Source: Sarea resinae
Lineage: Eukaryota
NCBI GenBank assembly: GCA_026026165.1
Contig: JAPEUD010000068.1
Location: 62,001 to 126,000 of the forward strand
Length of the DNA stretch: 64,000 nucleotides
Direction of reading: 5' to 3'
Shown here: positions 36,717 through 48,490 of the stretch, piece after piece
Layout: the number at the start of each line of letters is the position of its first letter
How positions within the stretch are numbered: position 1 is the stretch's first letter
The notes under the pieces: generated by a model
Databases searched by the model: none
The model's input: the letters and a program-made list of their open reading frames with translations, nothing else
Told to the model about the DNA's origin: nothing
Position numbers and translations under genes: made by a program

Positions 36717-37155
36717 TCACAGAACCCCCTTCCTCGCAAGCTCTATCTTCCTGACCGCCTCGCCCTTCTTCCATCCGCCCTTGGAGACGCAAATGGCACT
36801 CCCTTCGCCCAGCTCGACTTTATCCTCGACATCTGGGAATGCGCATGGGCAGTGGTGCGGGAAATGCACGCACGACAGGGTGCCGGGGCAGAGGTAGTTG
36901 GTGCAGTGCGCTGGATATTGCAACATCGAATGAGCTGCCTGAGCCCCCAAAATGTAAGGAGGGGGAACAGTTACCGCTATCGTAAGTCTGCTGATACCAC
37001 GACGAATCGCTGGCGACGTTCTGGCCGCCCGGTTGATGCTGCTGCTGGTGATGTTGCTGCTGGCCGAACATCTGCTCGAAGATGTTATTGAATTGCGCCG
37101 CTGCGGGTAGAGCGAGCAGGAGGAAGCTCAGGAGAAAGGTGTGGAGAGAGCGCAT
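36717..37155 (-). CDS. LCL2: Long chronological lifespan protein 2 (secretory pathway, Cys-rich)
   Basis: Signal peptide, [43 protein letters not shown]; intron 36974-36911. Confidence 0.9.
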
Positions 37156-37291
37156 CTTGCTGGCGGGTGGTGGACGATTGAGGTAAGCGTGATTCGACGG
37201 GGCGTAGAATAATATATGTCCAGTATCTCTCGTACGTGGTGACACCTACCAAATCCATGTCAACAACCGCTTACCCTCCACGACTCTCAGC

Positions 37292-37300
37292 TCACGTGAC
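37292..37300. promoter_or_regulatory. GTCACGTGA E-box (Cbf1-type) in the LCL2/MRP7 bidirectional promoter
   Basis: TCACGTGAC lies near the middle of the 293-bp divergent intergenic region. Confidence 0.4.
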
Positions 37301-37448
37301 CCCTCAATTCTAGCGTAACCAAAGGCGCCAAAGAAATCCGAATCCCAATATCCAGTCCCCAGATCCCGATATCAATCAATATCGACTCTCCACTCCCTCC
37401 CTCCCTCCCTTCCTCTCCACCACCATCAATTCCCCTCCACAGACCCCC

Positions 37449-38442
37449 ATGCTGCTCCCCCGATTAAGGGCGCCCGGCGTCTCGACGGCAGCAGCGCTCC
37501 AGCAATGTCTCCGTCGACCCGCCTATACCGCCTACAATTCCTCCGCCGTCGCTTCTCCTCTCCTGCATCTACCTTCTACCAGCTCACCATCACCGCTCTC
37601 ACATTCCTCAACAATCTCACCACTCCTCACATTCATCAGACACGCCTCGCATCAAGCCCAGGGACGTGCGAATGGCGCAAAAGATGGCCCCGGGAAACGG
37701 CTCGGTGCGAAGAAGTCGGGCGGTTCGTCACTCTTTTGCTATCCCTCATCGCAGCACGATCTTCTCCTTCCCCCTTCCCTCCACACCAATTCTTTCCCAC
37801 CCCAATCGCTGACCGTTTTCAACAGACCAGCTTGTCATCCCCGGTAACATCATCTTCCGGCAACGCGGCACGCACTGGTTCCCAGGGGAGAACGTCGGGA
37901 TGGGCCGAGACCATACGATCTACAGCATGGCGACCGGGTACGTGAAATACTACCGCGACCCAGCCAAGCACCCGAAGCGCCAATACATTGGCGTGGTATT
38001 CTCGCGCCAGGACTCGCTGCCGACGCCACTGAACGCGGCCCGGAAGAGGCGGCTGGGCATGCTCGCCGTGCCGATGACGGAGGCGACGCAGGCGCTGGAG
38101 CCCGGCATCGAAGGCAAAGAGGCCGTCGTGGACGCGGACCTGAGCGCCTCTATTCCTGGCGCCGGAAACACGGGGACGACGCCGGATGTGCGCGAGGTCC
38201 CAGCGCCGCGCAAGCAGACCAAGGCGCAGAAGGCGGCTGCCGAGAAGGAGGAGCAGAACTCCCGCCTCGTGCTCCGGCCCGGCTACATGTACCGCGAGGC
38301 CAACTGGGAGATTGGCCGCGTGGCCGAGAAGCGCGGCGTCAGTGTGCGGCAGTTCAAGGCGGGCGACCGCTACCTGGCGTGGCGGAAGACGGCGGCGCGC
38401 AAGGCACGGAATGCCGAGAGGAGGGGTATGAGGCGCAAGTAA
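37449..38442 (+). CDS. MRP7: Mitochondrial ribosomal protein bL27m
   Basis: [50 protein letters not shown]; intron 37723-37825. Confidence 0.95.
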
Positions 38443-38788
38443 GGCGGATGCTCTTTTGCTAGGAAACCGGTCACCAGAGGTATAGGCGTGGGGGATAGAG
38501 GTCACCAAAGACACAAGGGCAGGAGAGAGAAGCCGGGCCAGATTCAGATTCAGAGACAAGGGGGGGGGGGGGTGCCGGAAGAAGAGAGGATTGAAGAAGA
38601 AGCAGGAGAAATCGTGTACTATATTATACAAATATCTCATTACCATGATTACCAACCTCCCTGCCCCGCTCGCTCAAACAAACAAATAAAGCACTGGCAC
38701 TTTACATTCATATCATGTTTGCAACAGATGGGTAAGTACTCCTTTCATCAATCTTGAATTCTTGTTTTTTTTTTTGGTTTGGGTGGTA

Positions 38789-38838
38789 TCAACTCAACTC
38801 AACTCAACTCAACTCAACCATAAATGAATGAACAGGCA

Positions 38839-38869
<31 letters not shown>

Positions 38870-39020
38870 AGTGGGCCTTGAGCCAGGTAGGCAGGTAGGC
38901 AAGTAGGTAAGTAGGCAGCTGGGTCGAGGGTGGGCCGTGACTTGACTGAAACTCCGGCTGCAGGCAGTCAATGGTGGGCAGTCAATGGTGGGCAGTCAAT
39001 GGTGGGCAGTCAATGGTGGG
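38789..39020. repeat. Microsatellite/minisatellite patch between convergent MRP7 and GLC8
   Basis: (CAACT)n, (GAAC)n, (GTAGGCAG)-like units, and 14-bp GGCAGTCAATGGTG x4 at 38963-39020. Confidence 0.9.
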
Positions 39021-39216
39021 AGCAGGTTAGCAAAAAACAAAAGAGGGAATCATGATTTCATCAAAAACAAGGGCTACACAATGCATACAATCATACACCC
39101 CATCTAGTCCATCCCCTCCCGTCCTATCCCATGCCACCACCACTCCTCCCGATCCCATCCGAGGCAGGTATAACACTGGGTGGGCGAGACAGCGACAAAG
39201 GAGAGAGAAGCCCCAT

Positions 39217-40232
39217 TCAATTAACGCCACCGTTGGGAAGAGCGGGTACGTCCGGTACTTCTTCGTCTTCGTCAAGGGCTTCGAGTTCTTCTGGATGTCT
39301 GCATGTCGTGAGATGTGTTAGAGATGGGTGATTCCGACCAAGAGGATAGCAAAACATAGCGATCGAGGTACATACCCTAATAATGGCTTGACGCCCTTCA
39401 TCTCATAATGCTTCTTCCGCATCTCCTCAAACTTGCGATGCTTCTCCCTATCCTCGGCGCTCATGCCCAGAAGCTGCTGCTCTCCATGCCCGCCCAGCCC
39501 ATCGTTCATGACGGGATCAACAACGACCTGCCTCTCGCTCTTGGCGCTATTGGACCGCGACAGGAGTCCCCTCGATGACCGCCGTTCCGGCACGGCCTCC
39601 TCGGGATCACCAAGTTCCAGATCGGGAATCTCGTCCTCTTTCGTTCGGCCTGTGCTCCTCCCAGCCACCTTGTCGAGCTCGTCCACAACCAGATCATCCG
39701 TGTCCAGCGTTCCGACGTTTTCGTCTTCGTCTTCGTCGAGCTCGTATCGTTTGACGTACGGCGTCTTGGGCTCGTCGATCTTCATCGTACTGCTCTTCTC
39801 CTGTTCGTTGAGATACAGGTTGGCTTCGTCCCATTTGAGGCGGGGGTCGTATTCTTCCTCGCCGCCGCTCATGCCGGCGTTGGTCGACTGGCGGCGCGAG
39901 ACGGACACACGACCGTTGGACAACGAGCGACGACGACCGGCATTTTGGAGCGTATTCTGAAGGGTGAGTTCCTTGTCGGAGATCTCACGACCGAGCTCTG
40001 GCCGGTGCGCAACCACTGGTTCCGACGGAGGTGGAGCAGCAACAACCGCGGCAGCTGGCGGGGAAGCCTGGCCTGGTGCAGGGTGTTGAAAGGAATTTGA
40101 ATTTTTGAGGATGCCTAGAGTAAACGATGAGTGCTGAAGACAAGACAGGAGAGATGCGATAACTGATGGCTTACCTTTTGGGAATTTGGGCGCTTCCTCG
40201 CTCTGCAGATGCGGTGGTGAATGTTGTGTCAT
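39217..40232 (-). CDS. GLC8: Protein phosphatase 1 inhibitor-2
   Basis: KGILKN (SILK-type), [29 protein letters not shown]; introns 40174-40115 and 39375-39299; TGA 39219-39217. Confidence 0.93.
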
Positions 40233-41755
40233 GTTGAGGGTTGTCTTCGAAGATGCTTGAGTTCAATCGGCAATGGTCGAAAGAGGATCTTCACATGCGA
40301 TCATCCAGGAGTGAGATCAGAGATCCGCCACTGGCGCGCACACTACGTGATGGTCGACGGCTGTTGATTCGATTCAGGAGCTGGCTGTCGAAGTTTCTCC
40401 GAGCAACATATGCTAGCATCGAAGACTTTGCAGGCGAGCGGGATGGAGGAAGACTCAAAGATCTTCTCGGAGAAAGGAATAGGATGGGGGGCGGATGAGA
40501 TGAATTTGAATTTGAATTTGAGTAGAGTATGAGTATGGATTTGGATTGGTGTTACGGGATACCGATCGATCGAGGGGTGAAAGGTGGGATGGATTGGTGG
40601 TCAGCGGGCGACAGGTGCAAACAGGCACGCGGTAGGGAGTCTACAGCGGAGGTACGAAGTACGTCGTGACGGAGTACACAATGGCAGTGGAGAGAAGGGA
40701 CTGGTACCAGTGACACAGCGAGACACAAAAGGGTTCCAGGTGCGTTCATCCGGTAACCACCGTGGACCTCAGCGGGGCCGCGGGGGAGTGCAGTCAATAC
40801 CCGGTACTTTGTCCTTGGTCCTTCGTGCTCTACGCCCCGATACTCGACTACGACCGAGTACTATAAGGTAAGGTAGTACACAGTGGTAGGTACTATAGTA
40901 GTGATGGGGATATCCGACACTACCCACTACCCACTACCCACTACCTGCTCCTCCATCCCTCGTGAACAGGGAAAGCGTCCAAGAAGAAAAGGCTGGGGGC
41001 AGCGAGTGCACGGGGCGGGGTCGTCCGAGACGGCACTCGACCCAAATCAAATCAGACTCGGCCCTCTCCCACCACGAACAGGAGGTGCAGGCCACATCAA
41101 TGAAGACTTCACACGTGCGGGATGACGTCGTCGTCGAGTAACGAACAGGTGAACGTGATGAAAGCGCCCTTCCCGCACGTGTTTGCCAGCCATACCCCGT
41201 CCGGGCAGTCGGCGCAGTGGCTCAGGCGACCCGGCCCAACTACCTACTTCAGTACCTTATGCACCTTACCTACCGTACCTACAGTACTCCGACGGATGTG
41301 TACTACAGTACACTGCCACGGCGGCAGCGACATCATCACCGCTATCACACGCCGATAGCATCAAATGCCAAATCCACGTACATAGCCATCTCGCGAGAAA
41401 CCCCTCATGGTCGAGAAGATGATGCAGATGGAATATTCATGTTTCCAACTCCTTCCAGTCTACCACGGTAATCTCGACAAAGAATTCAGATAGCCTCCGG
41501 GTATAAAGAAAATGGACTCCCACGACAACGGTAAGAGGGCTTCGTTCATTAGGCGTGTCGTCATCTCGGAAGTATGTAGGATGAATGAGAAAACGTCAAA
41601 TCGTGCTCGCCACATGGATCAATGCTATGCAACGCTGAAGACGCCCGAGAAAAGAAATCAAAACCATTGCCCCTTCTAAAGCCGCTTTTGAGAACAACTC
41701 CTTGATGCGCGATGCAAGATGGGAGATGGGAGAGTCACGGCTCCGAAAAGGGCGC

Positions 41756-44700
41756 TCAGCTGAAGCTCTCTTCACGCTGGCGGATGTACTTCCTTGCTAA
41801 CTCATCCCCTCCTTGAGAAGACAGCTCCATCCAATGAACGGCCAGGCACATGGTTTGAGGATCTGACCGGGCGGGATCCTCGTTTCGGCGGTACATCATC
41901 TCTGCTTTGAACGTGTCCTTCGGCATGGTGAGCGGTAACGTGGTGCGAGGGAGAAGATCGGGATGGGTCAGATAGAAAATTGCCAATTCTCTCTCGGCGA
42001 CCGGATCTCCTTCTTTTGCGGTGATGATCCACATTTTCCCAGCATCTTCCATGCTGTATCGAGTGAGCTCGTCGTCCTCAGGTGAGGGCCTGGTCGGGTC
42101 CCTATTGTTGGTGTGATGTGCAACGATATCATCGGCTATCTCAACCATCATGCGACAGACATCTTGCTTGAGCCCTAGTGCTGCCAATCCGGCATCCCAG
42201 AACGCCTTGCCTCTCTCCGTCTTGTCCAAGAAGTGAGCAGGGACGAAGGAAGCGATGAATTGAAGATCCCGGAATAGTGTCTTCGGACGAATATCTGCGT
42301 CGCGGAACAGTCCTTGCAAAACATCCACGATCATATCCGTACTAGGTGGACCCCTGGGTGAGCGGGTTCCAGTCGGACTGTGGAACGGCGACGTCACCCC
42401 ACTAAATGCCATCGTTTGTGACCTCCTTTCTTCGCAGTTTGCAATAGCTTCTTCCAGATTCTTTGCACGGGCCACCTGCACAGTAGAATCCCGAGGGCTC
42501 ATTTCGCCGATTGAGCCGAGTGTTGGCGATGCCGGAGCAGCAGTTAATGTGTCGCGACGGCCGCCAAAAGGGCGACCAGAACGCGAAGCTAGGGACGCGA
42601 CAATAAGGTGTTCGAGTTCATACAAAGCCTGAAGCTTGATGAACGGATTTGGATGTGTTGAGAACTTATGTAGAAGGCGACGGAAGGCAACGTTGTAAGG
42701 AAAGTCGAGAAGCCCAGCTTTCTTGGCAGCTGAATTGCCAGAAGATCTGGCAGTAGCATCACTCGAAGATGTAGAATTCTCCTCCGCCGAGGCCGAACCT
42801 GGCGCTGCGTGCTCCAAAGTTGCGACTGGTGCGGCAGGCTGCCCTCTTTCTGGTCGGCCAAGCGTATCGAGTGGGCCTGAGCGGTGCTCAGCTCTGTTTG
42901 TCTTCATGGTCCGCATGCTCTTCTTCTTGGCCAGAGCCCTCTTGCGTTTGCGTTCCTTCTCATCTTTGCGTTGGATGCACTCCTCTCCTAGATCTCCAGA
43001 AAACCACGCATCCGTTTCACTGCCACGACTGAAGACCAGGTTTCCAAGGTCACTCAGTAATAGACCAGTGAGAGTCTGCTTGAGATCGAGAAGGAATCTG
43101 CGCTTGTCGCCATTGACGCTTTCGGAGTGTTTAAGCATCACTGTTGCGTTTGCTGAGGATGCGGTTCGTGGTCGAATACTCGAAGAACCGCTAGGGGTCC
43201 GGGCTTGATTCTGGAATGGTGACCAGAAAGTGGTAGAGGAGTCTATGTTCAGCACTGGACTAGCAGCACCGAAGTAATCTTGGGAGTCCATCATGTCTGC
43301 CATGCCAGTACCTCTGCCAGTGCTCCATTTCCCAGACTCAAAACTGTGCTGAGAACCGTTGCGAGCGGACATGCTTTGAAGTCCCTTCGAGCCTGGCCGG
43401 GGCGAAAAATCCAAGCTGCGAGACGCTGGACGGCCCGTCTCAATTTCATATTCCTCGTCGCCCGCGATGCTCAGTGTGCCAACCCCTGTCAAGAACAAGT
43501 CGCCCTTGCGGCGTCCACTGTCGAGAATGCGCTTGTCCCTAGAGTACAGCTCGCTAGACCACAAAACCGGTCCATCGAGTATGCCGTCTCCAACAAGCTT
43601 GCCAACACATTGTTCAATCTCCAGGCAGAATCTGTGGATCCTTTCTTCTCCTTTGCAAAAGTTCTCGATGCCATACTGCGAGAGCCATTTGAGGGTCATC
43701 TCAGCTTGCTCATCGCCTAGTTTATTAAGCCCGCCTTGCTCCGGCGACGCTGCCATGATATCAACCATCTGGGCCTCCGTCTTGAGCAGGAAATTATTCG
43801 TCTTCGTGCGCGACTTGGTTGTGGTCGTCTGCTTGCTTTGAAATGACTTCGTAGACTGGCCCATATTCCTCAGAGCCAAGGCGATATTTCTGGCTTCTTC
43901 GTAGCGACCAGAGTTCTTGACGTCCGTCACGTACCACATCTTATCGCGCAATTCTTTCATACGGAACATCATTTCCTCTATAGTCGCATCATGGCGCTCC
44001 TCTGATTGTTTCAGCCATACGAACCAGGCTTCGAATTCCTCGATTGCACTGGCAGACTTGCCAAGGGAATCCCTTGGACCACGAGAGAAGTAATTCAAAA
44101 GCGGAGCATACCCATCTCTCGTAAGAGAGGTCGAAGAAAGACGGCGAAGTTGCTGCAGAGTCTTCCAATACAAGTGAGCAGCTACGAAATCAGCTCGTGC
44201 TTGGCACTGGTTCATTGCTGCTTCGAGCATTGTAAGCAGGACGGATGGTGGGTCGTGATTGATATCCCTAGCATCTTTGACGCTGTTGCTCCGACCATGT
44301 GGTGTTGGTCGGTGGCGTTCAGGGACCGCTTGTTTGTGATTGGCAATCATGGTCGCCAGTTGGCTCTGACCATGGTAAGGATTCTTCGAAATCGACTTCT
44401 CCGCTGCCAAAGCTTCCAGTCGTGCGGACGCAGCCTTCTTCGACTCCTTCCGCAGGGTAGAGGTGCGATTGCTAAACTCTTTCGATTCGCTTTCTGGCGC
44501 GAGCTCCTTGGGTATCTCGTATTCTTCGACAAGCTTGATAATAGCATCTTTCAATTGATGATAATCACGTTCCAAATCACTTCTGTCCGTGGGACCCTCC
44601 TCATCACTATCGCTGTCGGGCGAATCCTCGTCGTCTTCATCATCCTCCCAGTCCTTGCGTATCCTCGTCGTCAGCTCCTTCCCATCAGGAGAGACGTACA

Positions 44701-47038
44701 GAACCGCCCAGCGTTCGGCACAGGGGTGGCATGAGCCGGCTGCGACATCTGAACCGAGTACACGAGCCATCTCGGCGCACGCTATTTTCAGACCGCGGCC
44801 GTAATCTTCCATTGAGCTGATCCGGCTACTATCCGAAGTGTTGTCCGAAGACCTCAGAGAGGAAGGAAATTTGTTCTCCACATCATGATCTCGAGGCTCT
44901 AAAAGCGGTTCCCTGGAAGTGAGATCGCTAGTCACAGAAGACCCGCTGTTACTCAATACAGAGCTTGATTCTGGGCCACTTCGAGATTCGGATTTAGTTG
45001 GAATGGAAAACGATACGCCGGATATGGAAGATGCAGCTGATTGAAGACCTTTCCGCTGCATATCCTTCTCCAGGGAGCTCGACGATGGACGATGCTCGGG
45101 GAAGAGTGTATTAACAATCGTGGTTATATCAGAAGGGCAGAGCACAAGAAACGGTTGAACCTCGTCAGTCTCCCGAGGAGACGTGATCGCTCGAGCCGGC
45201 AGGAGCACAGGTCTGGTAGCATGAGATCGCGAACTTTTGAGACGCGCGATGATATTTTCGATGTGCTTGCGAATCTCCGGTAGTATTGGCGCCGCCTGAA
45301 CCGCTTGTTTCCTGTACGTGATTTAGCACTGGCCCTAACGATAGTCTGGGAGGCTCACCAGTTGTAAGTCATGTCCAACACTTGCTTCTGGGCTCGGAAA
45401 GCAATCTCCTTTAAGATTTTCTGCCTTGCGTATTCGCTAATGTGATGTCCTGTCATCATTCCGTGAGACTAACACGAGTTAGTGAACTTCAATTCGAGGC
45501 GTAAATGGATAATCACCTCTGGATGAATGATTGCATTCAAGAGAAAATTGGAGAAGAACCATTTTGCGATAAACAATTGCGCACCGCGCTGCTTCTTGGT
45601 GTCTTCCAGCTTTTTCAGTATAGCATTCCCAAGCTCCAGTACGCCTTCAGGGATGCCTCCCGCGCTGGGCTCGTCATCGATCACTTCGAAAAGGTTCTTC
45701 AGAGCCATATCGAAGAACTCCTCGGCAGCAATAGTATCCTTCGTGCTCCGCGTCTCCGGCTGAACCCTCGTTCCGGCCGGCTGTTCTTCTGCTTTCTCAA
45801 GAAGAAAAGAACCTTCCTGAAGCATCCTCATCAGGTAGAGTTCGAGGTTACCCTTCGCCGGCCACTCGCGCATGGCTGCCCATGTGTTCAAGACTGTGCA
45901 AATGAACTGGTAACTACCATTGGTGCCCTCGACAATGAGCCTGGCGCATGTGGTAGACCAAACATCGGTACGACGTAGATCCTCGGACGAATCAGGTCCA
46001 GAGGAGTTGGCAAAGACAGTATAGACGAGAGCGGAAAGAGGATCATGGCGTTGAAAAGACAGTAGGCGCTCTACTGACGAAGGAATATGAGCGGGGTTCC
46101 GATGGCTGCTGGATCCCAGGGTCTTTCCACGACCTTGAAGAGGCATCACGGAGTCAATCGGGTCCAAGGCATGATGAAAAGCGGTCAGAGAAGAGAGTTC
46201 TTGGGAAGAAAGGCTTGCGACCCGACTGGCAAGGAAATCCGGATTGGTCCTTATCTTGGAGACGAACTGGAGCAAGTCCTCTCGCGTCCGAGGAGTCAAC
46301 TCGTGCATGAAGGTGGACAAAGAACGAGGCCTCTCCGGCTTGACCCCTCTGGTTCTGACAGAGTCCAGATCGGGCTCCAAGAGGGCATAGCGGCGCGTGG
46401 CCTCACAGGAGCTGCGCACATCGTGTATGGCATTGTACAAGGAAGCAAAGCTCTTCTTGTCGTCGGATCTAAAACTGTCAACGAGCGTCCGATATGCCAG
46501 CTCCCCGCAGCGTGCCAGACGCGCCGAAAGAGCACTAGAGACGAGCCATCGGTGCAGGCGCACGCGGGATTGCAAGAGTCGCTGCTCCTGGTAGCTCTGA
46601 AGCCGGACTAGGTGCGCGAGCTCGGCCAGCGACGTCGAGGACGTCGTCACCGCCGCCGTCGGAATATAGCTCTCGGTGTACTGGGAGATATCTTGAAGGG
46701 GCAGTCGAGGGATCCGACCGGCGGGAGCAGACACGGAAGGAAGCATCGACGGGCGTTGGGGTAGATTAACCATATCGTTGTCGCTTGCCCTGCCATGGCG
46801 ACCGCCCATCTTCAAAGATTGTGAGGCGGGCGAAGGCGACCTGGCGGGACTGTGGGAGTGAAGGAATCTCTCTGTCGAGGATTCATGGAATTCGGGAGGG
46901 GAAGGGGTCGGACTTCTAGAAGAGACCTGGGTGATGGTCGGCGACACGGCTTTCAAGAATCGTAGCTCGTTAGCGGAAATGCGCCAGCTCACCGCACAGG
47001 AGTACACAAATGCATAGGTAAGGTTGCGCCGACCCCAT
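41756..47038 (-). CDS. Large fungal protein (~1700 aa); putative RasGAP-like + VPS9-like + Sel1-like architecture
   Basis: ORFs 45469-47007 and 41756-45208 are joined in frame by introns 45516-45469 and 45358-45312. The start is uncertain (ATG 47038 with intron 46992-46950, or ATG ~46810). Domain calls are by eye; see findings. Confidence 0.85.
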
Positions 47039-47289
47039 TGGCAGGGGGATCGGTCGACGTATAAGAAAGCCGAGAAGACCCAATAAAATCCAAGAGAAAT
47101 TCAGAGCACATACGCGGAGACAGGTGAGCCGGTGCGGGCGGCGACGAAGACTCGATTCTATTCATCTCGCCCAGTGCAATAATTTGCGCCCACGAACACT
47201 CTCGAGATTGTTGGCCACGCACGACATGTCAAGGCGTCGAGCCGAGTCACATTCGCAGGGAGAGGCGACGCAACACGGAACGCAACACG

Positions 47290-48490
47290 AGGCAGGCAGG
47301 CAGGCAGGCCAGTAGGCCAGTAGGTAGGTAGTAAGGCAGGCACGGGTGGAGAGAAGAGACGAGACGAGATGAGATGAGATGAGACGAGACAAGGGCCAGA
47401 GGGAGTCAAGCAGACAAGAGACGGCAGTACTCGAATGGACAGACGTTGTTGTGGCGTTGAGTATGGGGCCGGTGTATGGTGAGATGGGGGTCTGGTAGCC
47501 AAGGTGGTCGTCAAATAATAATAATGGCGATTAAATCGCTATGCTCGAATCGAGTCGAATGGCGGCCACGGATGCTCGCGTATGGTGGAGCGACAGCGGA
47601 TAGGGAGATCCACACGGCAGCGGCAGCAGCAGCAGTCGACTCATGGAGAACGAACGGCTCCTAGGCTGTCCTAGGCCCCTAGGAACGCATGGCCAGATGT
47701 CGGTGGAATAGGAACGGGCAAAGGCTGAAAGGCCCAAGGTCGAGAGGGAACGAGGATGTCGAGGATGTCGAGGATGTCGAGGATGTCGGGACGTGTGTAT
47801 TGATGAGATTGGACAGATGGGCAGCGAAGTCTCGTCGGACGATGCGTTTCGATGCGTCAAGTCGTAGATGCGCGAACGGCGGAGGATGATGGTTGAAATG
47901 ACTTGCTTGCGGCAACTCACCGTGCAGGAACGACTACGAGTCGGACTAGAGTCGAGAGAGCATAGTATCGTCCAGTCGGCAAGTCTGAGGCGGCCTCAAC
48001 TACTCCATACGAGAGAGCCGGAGTATGGCCACCTTACGCAGCAGGTACAGAGTACTCGACGACCTGACGGGATTCCTACGAGGGCCACAGGTACCGGACT
48101 CTCCTGTCCTCTCACCTCTTACCTTGATCTTTGCTTCAGTGTGGCCACTCAGTGCTGCCGTCGAGTACTACTATGTATGTCGTGTGTCGCACCGTCATCG
48201 TAATCACTTCGGCAGCGGGAGACTGAGAGACAGAAAGACAGAGGGGGGTTGAGGGAGAGAGGTATTCGTAGTCGTAGTCCCAGGTACAAAGGACCTCCTG
48301 CGTACTTCGGACTACTACGTAGTACCTATGCAGAGTGCTCGGCGAGAGCGAGAGCATCTGGCCAGGGTCTTCAGTCCAGTGATGGCCAGCTCGAGTGTGC
48401 GACTCACAGCATCACAGCCGAAGACGGGGTCAGCCGCGTTGCCGAGGGGGAGCCAGGGAAGCCAGGGAAGCCAAGGAAGCCAGGCAGGAC
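47290..48490. repeat. Simple-repeat-rich upstream region
   Basis: (GGCA)n, (GAGAC/GAGAT)n ~47355-47390, (GAGGATGTC)x4 47752-47787, (GCCAGGGAA)-like x3-4 48452-48485. Confidence 0.8.
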
